In this document: positions 16,866 to 17,145 of the stretch, piece by piece | How the letters are laid out: each line of letters opens with the position of its first letter | Numbering within the stretch: the first letter of the stretch is position 1 | Virus record (IMG/VR): IMGVR_UViG_2737471824_000005 | Location: 1-17,145 of that record | Source of the DNA: a virus | Taxonomy: Duplodnaviria; Heunggongvirae; Uroviricota; Caudoviricetes | Length of the DNA: 17,145 nucleotides | Strand: one strand, 5' to 3' | Notes under the pieces: generated by a model | Databases searched by the model: none | Told to the model about the DNA's origin: nothing | The model's input: only the letters and a program-made list of their open reading frames with translations | Translations under genes and position numbers: made by a program

Positions 16866-16896
16866 TACAAGTGAATGGTGTCCAGAGATGATGAAC

Positions 16897-17145
16897 TTAA
16901 TGAACAAACCACTCGTCAGCAGACTCCCAGGTATCTTTCAGAGTCTCCTGAACAAAAGTTTTAGCTGAATCTTTATCAGCGGTGCGCGTAACAGAAAGGC
17001 CATCGTTGCTGGTGGCTTTTACGATCACTTCTACATCGTCATAACGTTTACTGATGCGTCGGGTTAATTCTTCCTTTAACGCATCCACAGCACCGGTTGG
17101 CATTTTAGTCATTTTTTCTTTGGCTATGCAGATTTCAATACGCAT
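16897..17145 (-). CDS. dinI: DinI-family protein
   Basis: 82 aa, '[10 protein letters not shown]...[11 protein letters not shown]' matches the DinI termini as recalled; start codon is the last triplet of the window. Confidence 0.85.
   Translation of the reverse strand: MRIEICIAKEKMTKMPTGAVDALKEELTRRISKRYDDVEVIVKATSNDGLSVTRTADKDSAKTFVQETLKDTWESADEWFVH

Noticed and set aside
1-17145. tRNA, rRNA, CRISPR arrays, IS elements or integrase
   Set aside because: No tandem direct repeats with spacers, no tRNA-like T-arm or acceptor patterns, and no transposase- or integrase-like ORFs were recognised. The prophage ends and attachment sites lie outside the window.

Overview
This window looks like a degraded lambda-like (lambdoid) prophage in an enterobacterial genome, carrying several accessory cargo genes. 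All calls are from reading the sequence and the ORF track by eye; no searches were run. Left to right: (1) a two-gene, toxin-antitoxin-like module whose first protein has a Panacea/DUF4065-type signature, then a short 57-aa ORF, a PrtN-like regulator and an AT-rich membrane-anchored gene of unknown function; (2) an early-left pair resembling YfdQ (DUF2303) and YfdP, and an immunity region with a CI-type repressor, divergent Cro-like and CII-like genes, and palindromic operators; (3) a tail module that jumps from the early genes straight into tape-measure remnants, then M, L, K, I, a J gene truncated and fused in-frame to the 3' end of lom, and a 1245-aa side tail fibre whose distal 1,100 residues are not lambda-like, followed by only the last 52 codons of tfa; (4) the most interesting element: an AT-rich cassette between the tfa remnant and a dinI-like gene, encoding a 3-TM membrane protein overlapping a reverse transcriptase, preceded by a structured non-coding leader flanked by 12-nt inverted repeats. 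I read this as a retron-like or UG/DRT-type anti-phage RT system; its family cannot be resolved by eye. No rRNA, tRNA, CRISPR array or transposase was recognised.
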